Shown here one piece after another: positions 26,953 to 36,456 of a stretch of DNA of 64,000 nt. The DNA lies in sequence record NC_061418.1, one strand, 5' to 3'. The notes under the pieces are model-generated. The model did no database searches. It saw only the letters and a program-made list of their open reading frames with translations, and was not told the DNA's origin. The position numbers were made by a program, and so were the translations under genes. Position 1 is the stretch's first letter. The number at the start of each line of letters is the position of its first letter.

Positions 26953-27366
26953 CTATTTAACCCAAGTGTCAACCGGGCGAATAAAACTTTTGAATTCGCC
27001 GTACCACCACCCGTCTTCTTTTAACACGGGTTTAAAGTACGCCGATCGTCTGGCAAAACCTTTTGTGTGTTGGCCGTCTGCCAAGAGTTGTTTATTCCAG
27101 ATTGTACGTAATACTGTTGTCGGGAGAAGAAACGTACCACTCCCTGACAGCGGACGATCGAAATAAGGGCCAACCTGAAAACGAAAATGACCTGTTTCAG
27201 TATCGTATTCAAAATCAATCGTATCGTCGCCAATGTCAAATTGATTCAAAAATGTTTTCGATAAAGAACAATCGGAATCCCGAGAGAGGCGTACGTACTC
27301 TACGTGATAACTGCGTTCCCGGTGAATATCTTTCACTTGTGAATAAGGGACTTTGATAAAGGGCAT
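26953..27366 (-). CDS. Hypothetical protein, paralog family with 8225..8575 and 25373..25792
   Basis: IDFEYDTETGHFRFQVG, DGWWYGEF; AAGGAG RBS. Confidence 0.8.
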   Translation of the reverse strand: MPFIKVPYSQVKDIHRERSYHVEYVRLSRDSDCSLSKTFLNQFDIGDDTIDFEYDTETGHFRFQVGPYFDRPLSGSGTFLLPTTVLRTIWNKQLLADGQHTKGFARRSAYFKPVLKEDGWWYGEFKSFIRPVDTWVK

Positions 27367-27390
27367 TCACTACTCCTTGAAAAATAAAAA

Positions 27391-27411
27391 GACGGAGGAA
27401 TAACCCCCGCC
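27391..27411 (-). terminator. Intrinsic terminator
   Basis: Minus strand ggcggggg/cctccgtc (G-U pairs) then tttttattttt. Confidence 0.7.
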
Positions 27412-27418
27412 TGATAAA

Positions 27419-27796
27419 TTAACAAATGACCGCGTCTACAAACAGCGCCGACATCGAACGGACTGGCGTAAGCGACTCTTTTAACGTAGGGAAGAATTTA
27501 CCTTCCGAACTGATGAATAAACACGCGCAGTCTACTTGACCCCGATTTATCCGCTGCGCCATTGCTAAGGTATTCGGTAACGGAATGACCTTGATCGAAG
27601 CGATCAATTTCGGTCCGAGGTAATCAGTAATGACCTCTTTGAATTTCGCGCGAGTCCGCGGGTCACCGTATACCTTTACGGTCTTACCCTTCATCAGGTT
27701 ATTCGCAATGAAAGCGGAATAATGCAACATCGCAGATTCGTTGAAGGTGCCTAACACTTTAATGGACTGGATTCGTTTCATTTTGTAAAAACCCAA
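27419..27796 (-). CDS. Hypothetical protein
   Basis: Tiling ORF. Confidence 0.7.
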   Translation of the reverse strand: MGFYKMKRIQSIKVLGTFNESAMLHYSAFIANNLMKGKTVKVYGDPRTRAKFKEVITDYLGPKLIASIKVIPLPNTLAMAQRINRGQVDCACLFISSEGKFFPTLKESLTPVRSMSALFVDAVIC

Positions 27797-28323
27797 TAAA
27801 CGTCGTAAAATGGAATAGCATGGATTCCCGAGGGGAGGTTGTCGATCTCTTCGATATCTTTCATATCGAGTAAATTGACAACTAACCCGGTGGATAATAA
27901 TCGCTTGAGGCTATACGCCACCGCACCAAGCGGAATTTCGAAGGTAATCGCCTTTTGACATTTGAAATGACTGACCAGTTTGCGCGGATTATCCGCTAAC
28001 CGTTCGAGATAATCTTTATACGTTTCCCCGTCGTGACCACGCAGCGGCCACTGCCAGATAATTCCGTCTGCGGCTACTATCGCCTCCCCTCGAAAACGAT
28101 AAGGATTTTGATATTGCTCCCATTTGAGATACCCCGGTTGGTACATAGAGCCGTGATCAAGGATCTCCAATTCTTTCCCTGCTATGGCTTCACGAATCAT
28201 TTCTGCAAGGGCCGGTATGAGAACAGTTTCCCCTGCGGCATTTTTACCAAGAGCGACCTTCTCTCCTTCCACTAAACCGTAGACGTCAGCCGCGTAAGCG
28301 CCCCGTTCAAACTTAAATTTCAT
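27778..28323 (-). CDS. Hypothetical protein
   Basis: ATGA overlap with kptA stop; GAGGAG upstream. Confidence 0.75.
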   Translation of the reverse strand: MKFKFERGAYAADVYGLVEGEKVALGKNAAGETVLIPALAEMIREAIAGKELEILDHGSMYQPGYLKWEQYQNPYRFRGEAIVAADGIIWQWPLRGHDGETYKDYLERLADNPRKLVSHFKCQKAITFEIPLGAVAYSLKRLLSTGLVVNLLDMKDIEEIDNLPSGIHAIPFYDVYWVFTK

Positions 28324-28883
28324 TCTTTTTTCTCCTCTACTTTAAAACACCCAACTGGAACATGTTCGACCAGCCAAACCCCGTTCAACGCTTTGTAGAA
28401 CACGTAGCCGCGTTCCAATAGTTTCTGGGTATCAATACTCAAGACTACGAGCGACCCTTTCTTAGCGTACCGTAATCCCACTAACCGCGCGGTCTCGATG
28501 TGATCGGTTAAATGGACAAACTGGCGGGATTGCGGATTGAGTCCATTCTCAAAAATACTCTCTAAATTCCCCGATGCAGTGCCGTGGTAAAGTACCTCAG
28601 GCGGTACCTCTTCATTGAAGGCCATTTCATTTACCGGGAATGAATGCCCCTGTACAGCACGGATAGAAGAAAGATCATCGGATAACCCAAATCGTTTCTT
28701 ATCGTCCGTCTCTACAACGTGCATAATTTCCTGTAACGTAACTACCTTATTCTGTTCAGAGAATGCTGCAATCAGGTCGTCGAGTCTGACATAGCCAAGT
28801 TCATCAGGCGTTAATTTCAAAGCCTGAGGCCGATGGCGTAAAATGAAACACAGTGTTTTTGATAACTTAATTGGATCGTTCAA
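28320..28883 (-). CDS. kptA: RNA 2'-phosphotransferase (Tpt1/KptA)
   Basis: SKTLCFILRH, DDKKRF, IRAVQGHS, LYHGT, RQFVHLT, NGVWLVEHVP. Confidence 0.92.
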   Translation of the reverse strand: MNDPIKLSKTLCFILRHRPQALKLTPDELGYVRLDDLIAAFSEQNKVVTLQEIMHVVETDDKKRFGLSDDLSSIRAVQGHSFPVNEMAFNEEVPPEVLYHGTASGNLESIFENGLNPQSRQFVHLTDHIETARLVGLRYAKKGSLVVLSIDTQKLLERGYVFYKALNGVWLVEHVPVGCFKVEEKKE

Positions 28884-28887
28884 ATTA

Positions 28888-29415
28888 TTACCCTTGGAGC
28901 GTATAACCTGCGCCGTAAACTTCGATCAATTGATCCCAAATAGGATCTACCCAAACGGGTACTTTGAACCCAAGATGTTCTTCTTCACGGTATAACCAGC
29001 CTTTCTTCTCGGTGAAAGAGAAGAAGTTATCTCTGCTCTTTTTAAGGTTATCGTAATAGGCAAACATTTTGTGGTCGGTCGCTTCTGCTTTATATTTCGC
29101 ATAAAGCCATTTACGGTATTGCGCTTCGATTTCAGTATATTCCACTGGCTCATACCCAGAAAGAATCGTCACACCACCCGTTGAATTCTCCGGGTAGCGC
29201 TGGAGTCCATCCCAAATAGCGGGTAGGGGGATAAAATCCCCTAATTCCCAAATATCGAACATGGGTGTCAGAACAGAGCGGGGTTCGTCCGGGCAAACAC
29301 TGAACGTTGCATTGCGGAACGCAGCTTCTTTATTTTCAGCGGCGATTAATAACACTGTCGCTTCTTTAGATTCAGGGAGATCGTAAAACTTCTCACTCGC
29401 CAGAAACAGTTTCAT
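28888..29415 (-). CDS. Hypothetical protein
   Basis: Tiling ORF. Confidence 0.7.
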   Translation of the reverse strand: MKLFLASEKFYDLPESKEATVLLIAAENKEAAFRNATFSVCPDEPRSVLTPMFDIWELGDFIPLPAIWDGLQRYPENSTGGVTILSGYEPVEYTEIEAQYRKWLYAKYKAEATDHKMFAYYDNLKKSRDNFFSFTEKKGWLYREEEHLGFKVPVWVDPIWDQLIEVYGAGYTLQG

Positions 29416-30121
29416 TGTTATTCCCCTGTGCAGTTAGGCCAAAATAATGACAACTACCTTGCGCAACAACTCGGTATTTTTTCGCGTGTGCCGCGCCTAA
29501 CGCAGTGTAAAACTTGAGATTGCTGATGTAGTCAATGTTTCTTTTCGTAAACTCTTCTCGTGACTGACCGAAGCGAATACCGATCTCTTGGTAAAGTCCG
29601 TTGAAGATGTCTTCATCGAGATAAGACATCGCGTAGAGTTGATCGGCGTCCCGGATAATGCCGAATAAATAACGCATACCGGTACCGCCGGGATACTGCG
29701 GAAAAGGGTCGTCGAAGTTATAATGCGTGAATCCGACTAATAAAGTGATCATCGCTTTGTTAGCCGTAGGAAACTCACGCCAGAAACCTAATTGCTCAAG
29801 TTGCTGTAAAGTGTACTCAATATTCTTCCAGTCATCTTTCTCTCCTAAGTGACAGAAATCGTGAACTAGTCCTGCGATGACGGCTGATTCAAAATCCTTC
29901 TCAGAGAGCCCGTAATTTGATGGCTCAAGATTGGAAAGAAGATAACCTGTCAGTACACCTACGCCAATTAAATGGCGTGTGGAGTGGTACGGTCGCCCTG
30001 CGTTGTGTTCTTCTACCCAGCGAATGATCCCATTGTAGTCATTGAAGAAACAACGTCCCCAGATCGGGTTCATTTCCTTCAGTCCGTAATTATCCCAGAA
30101 GACTGAGAACTCACTGTGCAT
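29393..30121 (-). CDS. HD-domain phosphohydrolase
   Basis: PYHSTRH, GLVHDFCH, IIRDAD. Confidence 0.85.
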   Translation of the reverse strand: MHSEFSVFWDNYGLKEMNPIWGRCFFNDYNGIIRWVEEHNAGRPYHSTRHLIGVGVLTGYLLSNLEPSNYGLSEKDFESAVIAGLVHDFCHLGEKDDWKNIEYTLQQLEQLGFWREFPTANKAMITLLVGFTHYNFDDPFPQYPGGTGMRYLFGIIRDADQLYAMSYLDEDIFNGLYQEIGIRFGQSREEFTKRNIDYISNLKFYTALGAAHAKKYRVVAQGSCHYFGLTAQGNNNETVSGE

Positions 30122-30827
30122 TTTTAACCTCGTTATACGCGTTGTTTACTGCCACCAACGTTTTGCTCACCGCCTCATTGTCTGGGAGAGTAAGCGGCCA
30201 GCTGGGGTGCATGTTGATGTAATATTCGTTCTCGCCAGGAGCGAAGACGATAAAGAATGTATGGTCAGCGTTCACTTCCGCAGAGAGCCGATTAATGGCG
30301 ATATTGTAATAGACCCGACACCCTGCTTTCTCTCCGACTGCCTTTAGTTTGTCTGGGTTGATTAATGGGTTGTTTAAGAAGGACTCAACTGTCCCTTTAA
30401 ACGGGAGAATATTCATTTCGCCGTTAGAGGAATCCGTCGGGCCGCGATACAGTTTAACGGCATCCTGACAATACTCTTCTACCCGATCGCAATACGTCGC
30501 AATCAACGCTTCAGGTACTGCCGAGAGTTTGTCGGTGAGTTTATCAATCAGTACCGCGGTATCGGCTTCATCTGACCGGACCATGATCATCGGAAACCAT
30601 TTATTCAGCAGACAGAAGAAACGGGGGTCTACGCCGTGATTAACGAGGTAAGAAACGAATTCACTGGTAGCGATCCCTGCCACCCAGCCGTAGGGCTTAA
30701 AGGTACCCGGAGGAGCCCAATCTTCATCAGACCAAAATTTACGGAGATAAAATTCGTCCCGTTTAAGACGTTGGATGAAGAAAGTGAACTCTGGTTTATG
30801 ATTCAGAAAACGTTCGATGAAATCCAT
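30111..30827 (-). CDS. Hypothetical protein
   Basis: Stop/start overlaps. Confidence 0.75.
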   Translation of the reverse strand: MDFIERFLNHKPEFTFFIQRLKRDEFYLRKFWSDEDWAPPGTFKPYGWVAGIATSEFVSYLVNHGVDPRFFCLLNKWFPMIMVRSDEADTAVLIDKLTDKLSAVPEALIATYCDRVEEYCQDAVKLYRGPTDSSNGEMNILPFKGTVESFLNNPLINPDKLKAVGEKAGCRVYYNIAINRLSAEVNADHTFFIVFAPGENEYYINMHPSWPLTLPDNEAVSKTLVAVNNAYNEVKNAQ

Positions 30828-31276
30828 TATTTATCCTCGAGGTGAAAACGAATTTTAAAGACGGGATAATCAGTGATCTCGTCTTCATTGAGTAAAAGGA
30901 TGCGAATAGCTTTGATATTAAAGCCGAAAATCAATTTGAAATCTATAGCCTGCTCTTCACAATACGTAGTGCGACAGACATTATTCGAAATGAGATCGTT
31001 ATCGGGATTAACAAACAAACAATTCTCCGGCAATTGACAGTCTACCCCACGATAGCAAATCGATAGAATCTCTAGACGGGTTATTTTTCTGTCGACAGGA
31101 AGTTGGTCTCTAAGCTTGTAAATCTTGTCTTTATCAACGATGAGATCAGCGTAGTCGAGTTTAGGTCCGAATAGGTTAAGGGTTATTTCTTCATTCAACA
31201 GTCTATTGATCTCGAAAACTTTTACTTTATCAGAAATATCCCTTTTCAAGATTTCTTTAATTTTTTCGATGGACAT
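30827..31276 (-). CDS. Hypothetical protein, first gene behind early promoter 5
   Basis: AAGGAG RBS. Confidence 0.8.
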   Translation of the reverse strand: MSIEKIKEILKRDISDKVKVFEINRLLNEEITLNLFGPKLDYADLIVDKDKIYKLRDQLPVDRKITRLEILSICYRGVDCQLPENCLFVNPDNDLISNNVCRTTYCEEQAIDFKLIFGFNIKAIRILLLNEDEITDYPVFKIRFHLEDK

Positions 31277-31300
31277 TTATTTCTCCTTTTATTTTTCCTC

Positions 31301-31327
31301 TACATCTAAGTGATATAGACTTGAAAA
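31301..31327 (-). promoter_or_regulatory. Phage early promoter 5
   Basis: TTTTCAAGTC-TATATCAC-TTAG-ATGTA. Confidence 0.85.
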
Positions 31328-31357
31328 CAAATCCAAAAGAAAAAGAGAACATAGAAC

Positions 31358-31385
31358 CTTCCTCTCTCCCGAAGGAGAGAGGAAG
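31358..31385 (-). terminator. Intrinsic terminator with cUUCGg loop
   Basis: 12-bp stem cttcctctctcc/ggagagaggaag. Confidence 0.85.
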
Positions 31386-31392
31386 CGTCAAA

Positions 31393-31797
31393 CTATAGTT
31401 GCTGACCCATGGCCGCCGCTACAATCACTGCAACGAAGATCGAAACAATGCCGGAGAGAATGTACCAGACAAACCACAGGCGGGAGTTACCGTTGCGATT
31501 CTGGCGCTTATAGACATAAACCGGAGAGAGCAGCCACCACCAACCCGATGGGACAAAGGCCCCTTCTTTCTTCAGCATTTCACGGTCGGTGATGAACCAA
31601 CCCGTAAACAGTATCAGTGAGATCAGCCAGCCGATGGTTGGTAAGGCGACCTGAATCGCAGTGAAGATCGGCTGTGAGAAAATGATGAAAAGCATGAAGA
31701 ACGGCGTCATCAGCTGAGGCTTAGTGCCTTTCTTGAAGAAAGTGTAACCGTTCGCGTTTTGGTATTGGATTTCTGTTTCAATAGTGTTCTGGGACAT
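31393..31797 (-). CDS. Multi-pass membrane protein, monocistronic early gene
   Basis: Three hydrophobic segments; GWWWLLSPVYVYKR motif shared with 14848..15201. Confidence 0.8.
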   Translation of the reverse strand: MSQNTIETEIQYQNANGYTFFKKGTKPQLMTPFFMLFIIFSQPIFTAIQVALPTIGWLISLILFTGWFITDREMLKKEGAFVPSGWWWLLSPVYVYKRQNRNGNSRLWFVWYILSGIVSIFVAVIVAAAMGQQL

Positions 31798-31860
31798 TTT
31801 ATTACTCGCTTAGTTAAAGGTTGTTGTTAAATGATTTTAAAGTGACTTATCTGTCGTATA

Positions 31861-31887
31861 TGCAATCAAGTGATATAGATGTTAAAT
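31861..31887 (-). promoter_or_regulatory. Phage early promoter 6
   Basis: ATTTAACATC-TATATCAC-TTGA-TTGCA. Confidence 0.8.
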
Positions 31888-32433
31888 GATTTCGATATTG
31901 AAGGCGGGTTCGGGGATGCCTTTAAAAGCGCATTCGTTACTGACGAGTTCACTCAGACCACCGCCGATATAAACATCTTTAAGTCCGCGTTTGCTATAAG
32001 TACGTTTGCCGATGGGACTTTCTGCGGAGCAATCGTTCCGGAAAAGAAGATAAATTCTTTGCCCATCAAAATCGGTGTAGATTGAATAATCAGTAACGTC
32101 TTCTTGTTCGCCAGGTTCAGCAAAACAAAAATCAATAACGTTCGCGGAGAGTAGCCAGAAAAACCGAAGGTATTCCCGTAACAGATCGATATGAATAACA
32201 GAGAACTCGCCGCCTTTGTTAATTTTTTCTATCAGCTCTTTAACCGGAACTTCAGAAGAGGGCGAACCAACACCGTGAAGATCTCCCAGAATTTCCCACG
32301 CTGGATCGTTATCCCGTTGAACAAAAAGAAACTCTCCACTTTTCTCGTCATACATCACTGATGCCAACTCGGATTCGAGAAGTTTTAACCCTGCACGGTA
32401 ATTCTCAATTAAAGAAGTTTCTGTGTTTTCCAT
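31882..32433 (-). CDS. Hypothetical protein
   Basis: Abuts upstream gene; GAGGT RBS. Confidence 0.8.
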   Translation of the reverse strand: MENTETSLIENYRAGLKLLESELASVMYDEKSGEFLFVQRDNDPAWEILGDLHGVGSPSSEVPVKELIEKINKGGEFSVIHIDLLREYLRFFWLLSANVIDFCFAEPGEQEDVTDYSIYTDFDGQRIYLLFRNDCSAESPIGKRTYSKRGLKDVYIGGGLSELVSNECAFKGIPEPAFNIEII

Positions 32434-32862
32434 TTAAAATACCTCTATTTGCAAAAAGTTTTGATGTGGATTGACTTCTAGTTCAAACTGAACATCGTCA
32501 TCTGAGATGTAACTCCCAAGATCAATTTTCTCAAAGAAAAATCGATAGATCGTTGGCCACCCGCAATAAACATCGATATGCTGAGAGAACTTCTCAAAGA
32601 CCTCGTATAACCTATCTGGGTTGTCAGTAGGCGGGGGATCCTCAGCGCTGTCTGGGTAACAGGGCTCGATAAATTGGTGGTAGGCTTGCTCTGAAAACGC
32701 CTGATGTAAAATTTTCCCAGCATACTTTGAATCTGCGTTTTCAGCGGTAAGAATGACCGCCCAGAAAAGGGCTGTCATGACGTAAATGCGGTCATCAGGA
32801 TCCTTGATCTTCCGCAAACCCATCGAGAGTCTCTCCGGAATCCCCAAAATGAACGTTCCCAT
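32434..32862 (-). CDS. Hypothetical protein
   Basis: AAAGGA RBS; overlaps 3' end of upstream gene by 68 nt. Confidence 0.7.
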   Translation of the reverse strand: MGTFILGIPERLSMGLRKIKDPDDRIYVMTALFWAVILTAENADSKYAGKILHQAFSEQAYHQFIEPCYPDSAEDPPPTDNPDRLYEVFEKFSQHIDVYCGWPTIYRFFFEKIDLGSYISDDDVQFELEVNPHQNFLQIEVF

Positions 32863-34000
32863 CTTTTTCCTTTATCCTCATGATAAACGAGTAGCAATAA
32901 CTGATCTTTCTGCCAAATCTCCGGAGATGATCACGGTCGAAAGAGTCAGTCACGTTAGGAATCAAACCCATAGACAAAAAGCTTTCGTCAAAGATTTCTA
33001 CGTCTTTACCGTAGTCAGAAAAGAAACCACGGAGATTGACTTCGAGACGCTCGATCAAACGAGTTATGTCTAGTTCAACTTCTGGTATCGTTAATCTAAG
33101 GTTAAGAACAAAGTCATTTTTGTCCAGCGTTAAAGAAGCTTCTAGTACAAAAGATTGATCCATTGTTAAATCGATAATCGATTGACCTTTTAACTCCATA
33201 ACGGAAATGTTCTGTAACGTTGTCTCGGAAATGTAGTCCGAGATTTTCCGTGAGAAAAAGCCGATGCTATCGATGTACTCTTTTTCCAACTTCCTCTTCA
33301 TTTCGTTGGTGAATGACAAAAGCTGATGATAAACCTCTACCGGTTTTCCTTTTACCGAGAATTTATTTACGTCAGCATCAGGTAAACAAAAGACGATTTC
33401 CTCGGACTTTTCGTCTCTGCTGGAAAAAATGTCCCAGGGGGAATTAAGGGTAACATACCCAAGATCATTAGATAACGTATCCATTATCCACTTTTTCCAA
33501 TGCCATTCAATGACAGAGCTATTCTGATCGTTAATAGACGATCGAATAATGGTTCGGATATCCGAACCATTCAGACCCGGGAAAGACTGAGTAAGTTGAA
33601 ACCTAATCGCATCTTCCCATTCCCATCCAAACGTAGGGATTTCTACCGTAATACGCCACAGACCCATGAAATCCCGCGTCAATGAAAACTTTACACTGTT
33701 TTCTGGGAATATTGAGTCCGCTTTATTTCTCAGTAAGATTCCTTCCTCCGTCGTTTGAACAAGCATATTTTGATTACTCGATAACAACTTACGTAACAAA
33801 GTTAAAGACTCTTCGCCGGGATAAAGTTGTTTTGCCATTTCTTCTTGGATTTCGTTTACTTTCTCCTTGACCAAATTGTCATCAATCACCGAGTAAGAAA
33901 GAGAAGACTTTCCTTTATTTTTTACTAAAACAAAATAGATCGAAGTCACGCCGGCACCAATTAATGCCAAGAGCCCTAACGCAAAAAGAATTTCAGCCAT
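32795..34000 (-). CDS. Membrane-anchored hypothetical protein
   Basis: N-terminal TM ILFALGLLALIGAGVTSIYFVLV, 401 aa. Confidence 0.8.
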   Translation of the reverse strand: MAEILFALGLLALIGAGVTSIYFVLVKNKGKSSLSYSVIDDNLVKEKVNEIQEEMAKQLYPGEESLTLLRKLLSSNQNMLVQTTEEGILLRNKADSIFPENSVKFSLTRDFMGLWRITVEIPTFGWEWEDAIRFQLTQSFPGLNGSDIRTIIRSSINDQNSSVIEWHWKKWIMDTLSNDLGYVTLNSPWDIFSSRDEKSEEIVFCLPDADVNKFSVKGKPVEVYHQLLSFTNEMKRKLEKEYIDSIGFFSRKISDYISETTLQNISVMELKGQSIIDLTMDQSFVLEASLTLDKNDFVLNLRLTIPEVELDITRLIERLEVNLRGFFSDYGKDVEIFDESFLSMGLIPNVTDSFDRDHLRRFGRKISYCYSFIMRIKEKDGNVHFGDSGETLDGFAEDQGS

Positions 34001-34184
34001 TTACTTTACCCTTTGAGAATTCAACGAATTCACCTGCGAACTGAATCAGCTCAGCACCGTTCGGTTGAGTATCGGTATTTAACATACCGGCTGCGACGAG
34101 GACATCGTATAATGCCTCGGCTAATAACTGACGCTGATGAAAAACATCAGCAGGATCATTATCGGGCAGATAGACTTTAGACAT
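33993..34184 (-). CDS. Small hypothetical protein
   Basis: GAGGA RBS, fills gap. Confidence 0.7.
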   Translation of the reverse strand: MSKVYLPDNDPADVFHQRQLLAEALYDVLVAAGMLNTDTQPNGAELIQFAGEFVEFSKGKVNG

Positions 34185-34185
34185 G

Positions 34186-34674
34186 TTAAATTTCCTCTAT
34201 GATTGTGTTTTCATCCAATGTTGATGACAGAAGAACCAGTAAATGCCCTGCTGCCATTGATACATCATTACCTAAGGCTTTTATCACTACTAAGTTTATA
34301 AATTCCAAATTAACTCTGGGTAAGCCACCCCTGAGTTGTTTTACGACTTGATCCTTTACGTCTTGGGAAGTTAAGATCAATCTTTTGCGTTCTATCTTTA
34401 CCCTTACTTTCCCATAAGGATCTTTCTCAATACGAGTATTATTCTTCCTCATTGTGACGTTATTAACTGCTCCGGTTTTGACCGCTTTTATCGCGATTAA
34501 AATGGAAAATGTTTGATTAGAAGCTTCTTCGACAATTGCATTAGTTAACGTGGTAATATATTCTTCGGATATATTGCGTTTTGTAGAGGATGTACGTTTT
34601 CGATAAATAAGCAATCCTTTTGAGATAACAATAATTGCTAGTAATACTACCATTGTTATTCCAATAAAGTCCAC
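34186..34674 (-). CDS. Membrane-anchored hypothetical protein
   Basis: GTG start with GGAGGGG RBS; N-terminal TM. Confidence 0.75.
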   Translation of the reverse strand: MDFIGITMVVLLAIIVISKGLLIYRKRTSSTKRNISEEYITTLTNAIVEEASNQTFSILIAIKAVKTGAVNNVTMRKNNTRIEKDPYGKVRVKIERKRLILTSQDVKDQVVKQLRGGLPRVNLEFINLVVIKALGNDVSMAAGHLLVLLSSTLDENTIIEEI

Positions 34675-34691
34675 TTTCGTCCCCTCCGGAA

Positions 34692-35111
34692 TTAGTGCTT
34701 GTCTTTTACTACCACCGAGGCTTTCTCGGGGTCTGTGTCGTGCGCCAAAGAAATGTTTCCCAGATCTTCGCGGAAAGCGTAGTGCAGAACTGTCGTTGTT
34801 GCGTCATTTTGGGTGATATCTACAACGCCACTTTTCTCGTTCTGACTTTGGATCGTTAAATCAATACTTTCCCATTCAACGGTATCCAATTCACGATTAG
34901 ACGACAAGAACCAAACGTTATCGCCTACAGCCTCTTCATTGTCCATGAAAACGGCCAGATAACGTTCACCGGGAACTAAATGAGTGAAGCGATCACTGGC
35001 GATCCAGAAGGGGATGAGTTCATTACCAAATTTTAAGACGAGATTGGCTTGCTCGCCTTTGTCATTGAGAGGGACTTCGTTAGGATTCAATTCCATTTTA
35101 TTCTCCTCCAA
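34692..35111 (-). CDS. Hypothetical protein (likely start MELN at 35096)
   Basis: GGAGGAG RBS before the internal ATG. Confidence 0.75.
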   Translation of the reverse strand: MEENKMELNPNEVPLNDKGEQANLVLKFGNELIPFWIASDRFTHLVPGERYLAVFMDNEEAVGDNVWFLSSNRELDTVEWESIDLTIQSQNEKSGVVDITQNDATTTVLHYAFREDLGNISLAHDTDPEKASVVVKDKH

Positions 35112-36015
35112 AAGATTGTTGTATGGCAGTACGAATATCGATGGTTGGGGGAGGAATGATTACATCCCAATCTAAATCGGGTCGTACTGCAATAAATGCA
35201 CTACGGCGTTTCTGTAGCTCTACTTTTAAAAGGTCGTCATCTTTAAAAAGGTATCCCTTCTCTAAGAGATCAAACACTTCTATTTCACCTACGCCGAATT
35301 CATCAACCAAAGCCCAGAATACTTCATAGCCTTTTACAGATAACCACCCGCCCGCTGACCCGCCATGTTCCTCCCAATCTAAATTACCGAGCTGATAAGC
35401 CACCCAAAAATAAACCGGCTGAGGTAATCTCGCCCAGATCTCCCCTCGTTTTTCATAAAGGTCTGTTGTATCCGTTTTAGTAGGGGAGACAGCACGTTTA
35501 CGCAAGGCGAGATGAGTCATGAATTTGAATAAGAACCACTTACTATTACGTTTAGCGGCGTCTGGGATACTGAGAGTCGGGGTGAAATCCCCGGGGACTT
35601 CGTCGTCGCCGTCCGGACAGATCTCAATATATTTTTCGACAAAAAGTATCGTGAGTTTACCCAAATTTGTTAAGTTCCCTTCGGGGGTAATAATACCCTG
35701 ACGAATCGCTGTTTCCGTGAAAAACTCCACGCCACCAGGGTACCCCATGTAATCCATTTTTGTCCCTGACACAACAGCATTAATCTGAGCTAACCAAAAT
35801 ACCTGTGCCTCGAAAGGCATACCGCAGCCGCAAAAACCGAGAACGTCGTAAAGGAAGTACTGCTTAGCATCGTCTAAAACTGTTTCCACTCCGTTAAGAA
35901 TAATGGGGGAATTATCTCCCCAATCCTCTTTTAGTTCGAAAGTTGGCGTTTCCAGCAATGGAATAATTGGATTTTTGCCACGGATATTGCCATATTTAAT
36001 TTCAATACTTTCCAT
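35098..36015 (-). CDS. Hypothetical protein with FCGCG motif
   Basis: 305-aa ORF; DVLGFCGCGMP. Confidence 0.75.
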   Translation of the reverse strand: MESIEIKYGNIRGKNPIIPLLETPTFELKEDWGDNSPIILNGVETVLDDAKQYFLYDVLGFCGCGMPFEAQVFWLAQINAVVSGTKMDYMGYPGGVEFFTETAIRQGIITPEGNLTNLGKLTILFVEKYIEICPDGDDEVPGDFTPTLSIPDAAKRNSKWFLFKFMTHLALRKRAVSPTKTDTTDLYEKRGEIWARLPQPVYFWVAYQLGNLDWEEHGGSAGGWLSVKGYEVFWALVDEFGVGEIEVFDLLEKGYLFKDDDLLKVELQKRRSAFIAVRPDLDWDVIIPPPTIDIRTAIQQSFGGE

Positions 36016-36025
36016 CTTTTTTTCC

Positions 36026-36382
36026 TCAGTGCAGTTTTCTTTTATCTTCTTCGGTCAACCTATACCGCATCTTGATAGGTGGGTCATTATTGAATAAGGC
36101 GTCTAGCGTCACCGTTGTTTCGTCTTTATCCGTGACCCGAACCCATGTGAAAATATATTCCGAATCAGACTCGTTGATATATTTTAACACTCGCGCCATA
36201 AAGGGCATTTCAAGGTCTTCGTCACAAAACATCGGATTGATGTAAACTCCTATCGAAAGAGGGTCCTTTAAACGGGATAACAGGTAAACTTTCCCTATTT
36301 CCATTCCGGACGGACCGCCTTCCACGGGGTAAAAGTTGACATCGCCAACGTTGGATTTTAACACCATAATTGCTTCGCGCAT
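36026..36382 (-). CDS. Hypothetical protein
   Basis: AGGAGGG RBS. Confidence 0.8.
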   Translation of the reverse strand: MREAIMVLKSNVGDVNFYPVEGGPSGMEIGKVYLLSRLKDPLSIGVYINPMFCDEDLEMPFMARVLKYINESDSEYIFTWVRVTDKDETTVTLDALFNNDPPIKMRYRLTEEDKRKLH

Positions 36383-36429
36383 AAATTAAACCCTCCTTTC
36401 ATTCAGAGCAATTGACGAGAAAATAAAAA

Positions 36430-36451
36430 AGGAGAGGCAAAAGCCTCTCCT
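36430..36451 (-). terminator. Intrinsic terminator ending nadR-pnuC unit
   Basis: aggagaggc/gcctctcct stem, ttttttattttt tail on minus strand. Confidence 0.85.
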
Positions 36452-36456
36452 CTCAT

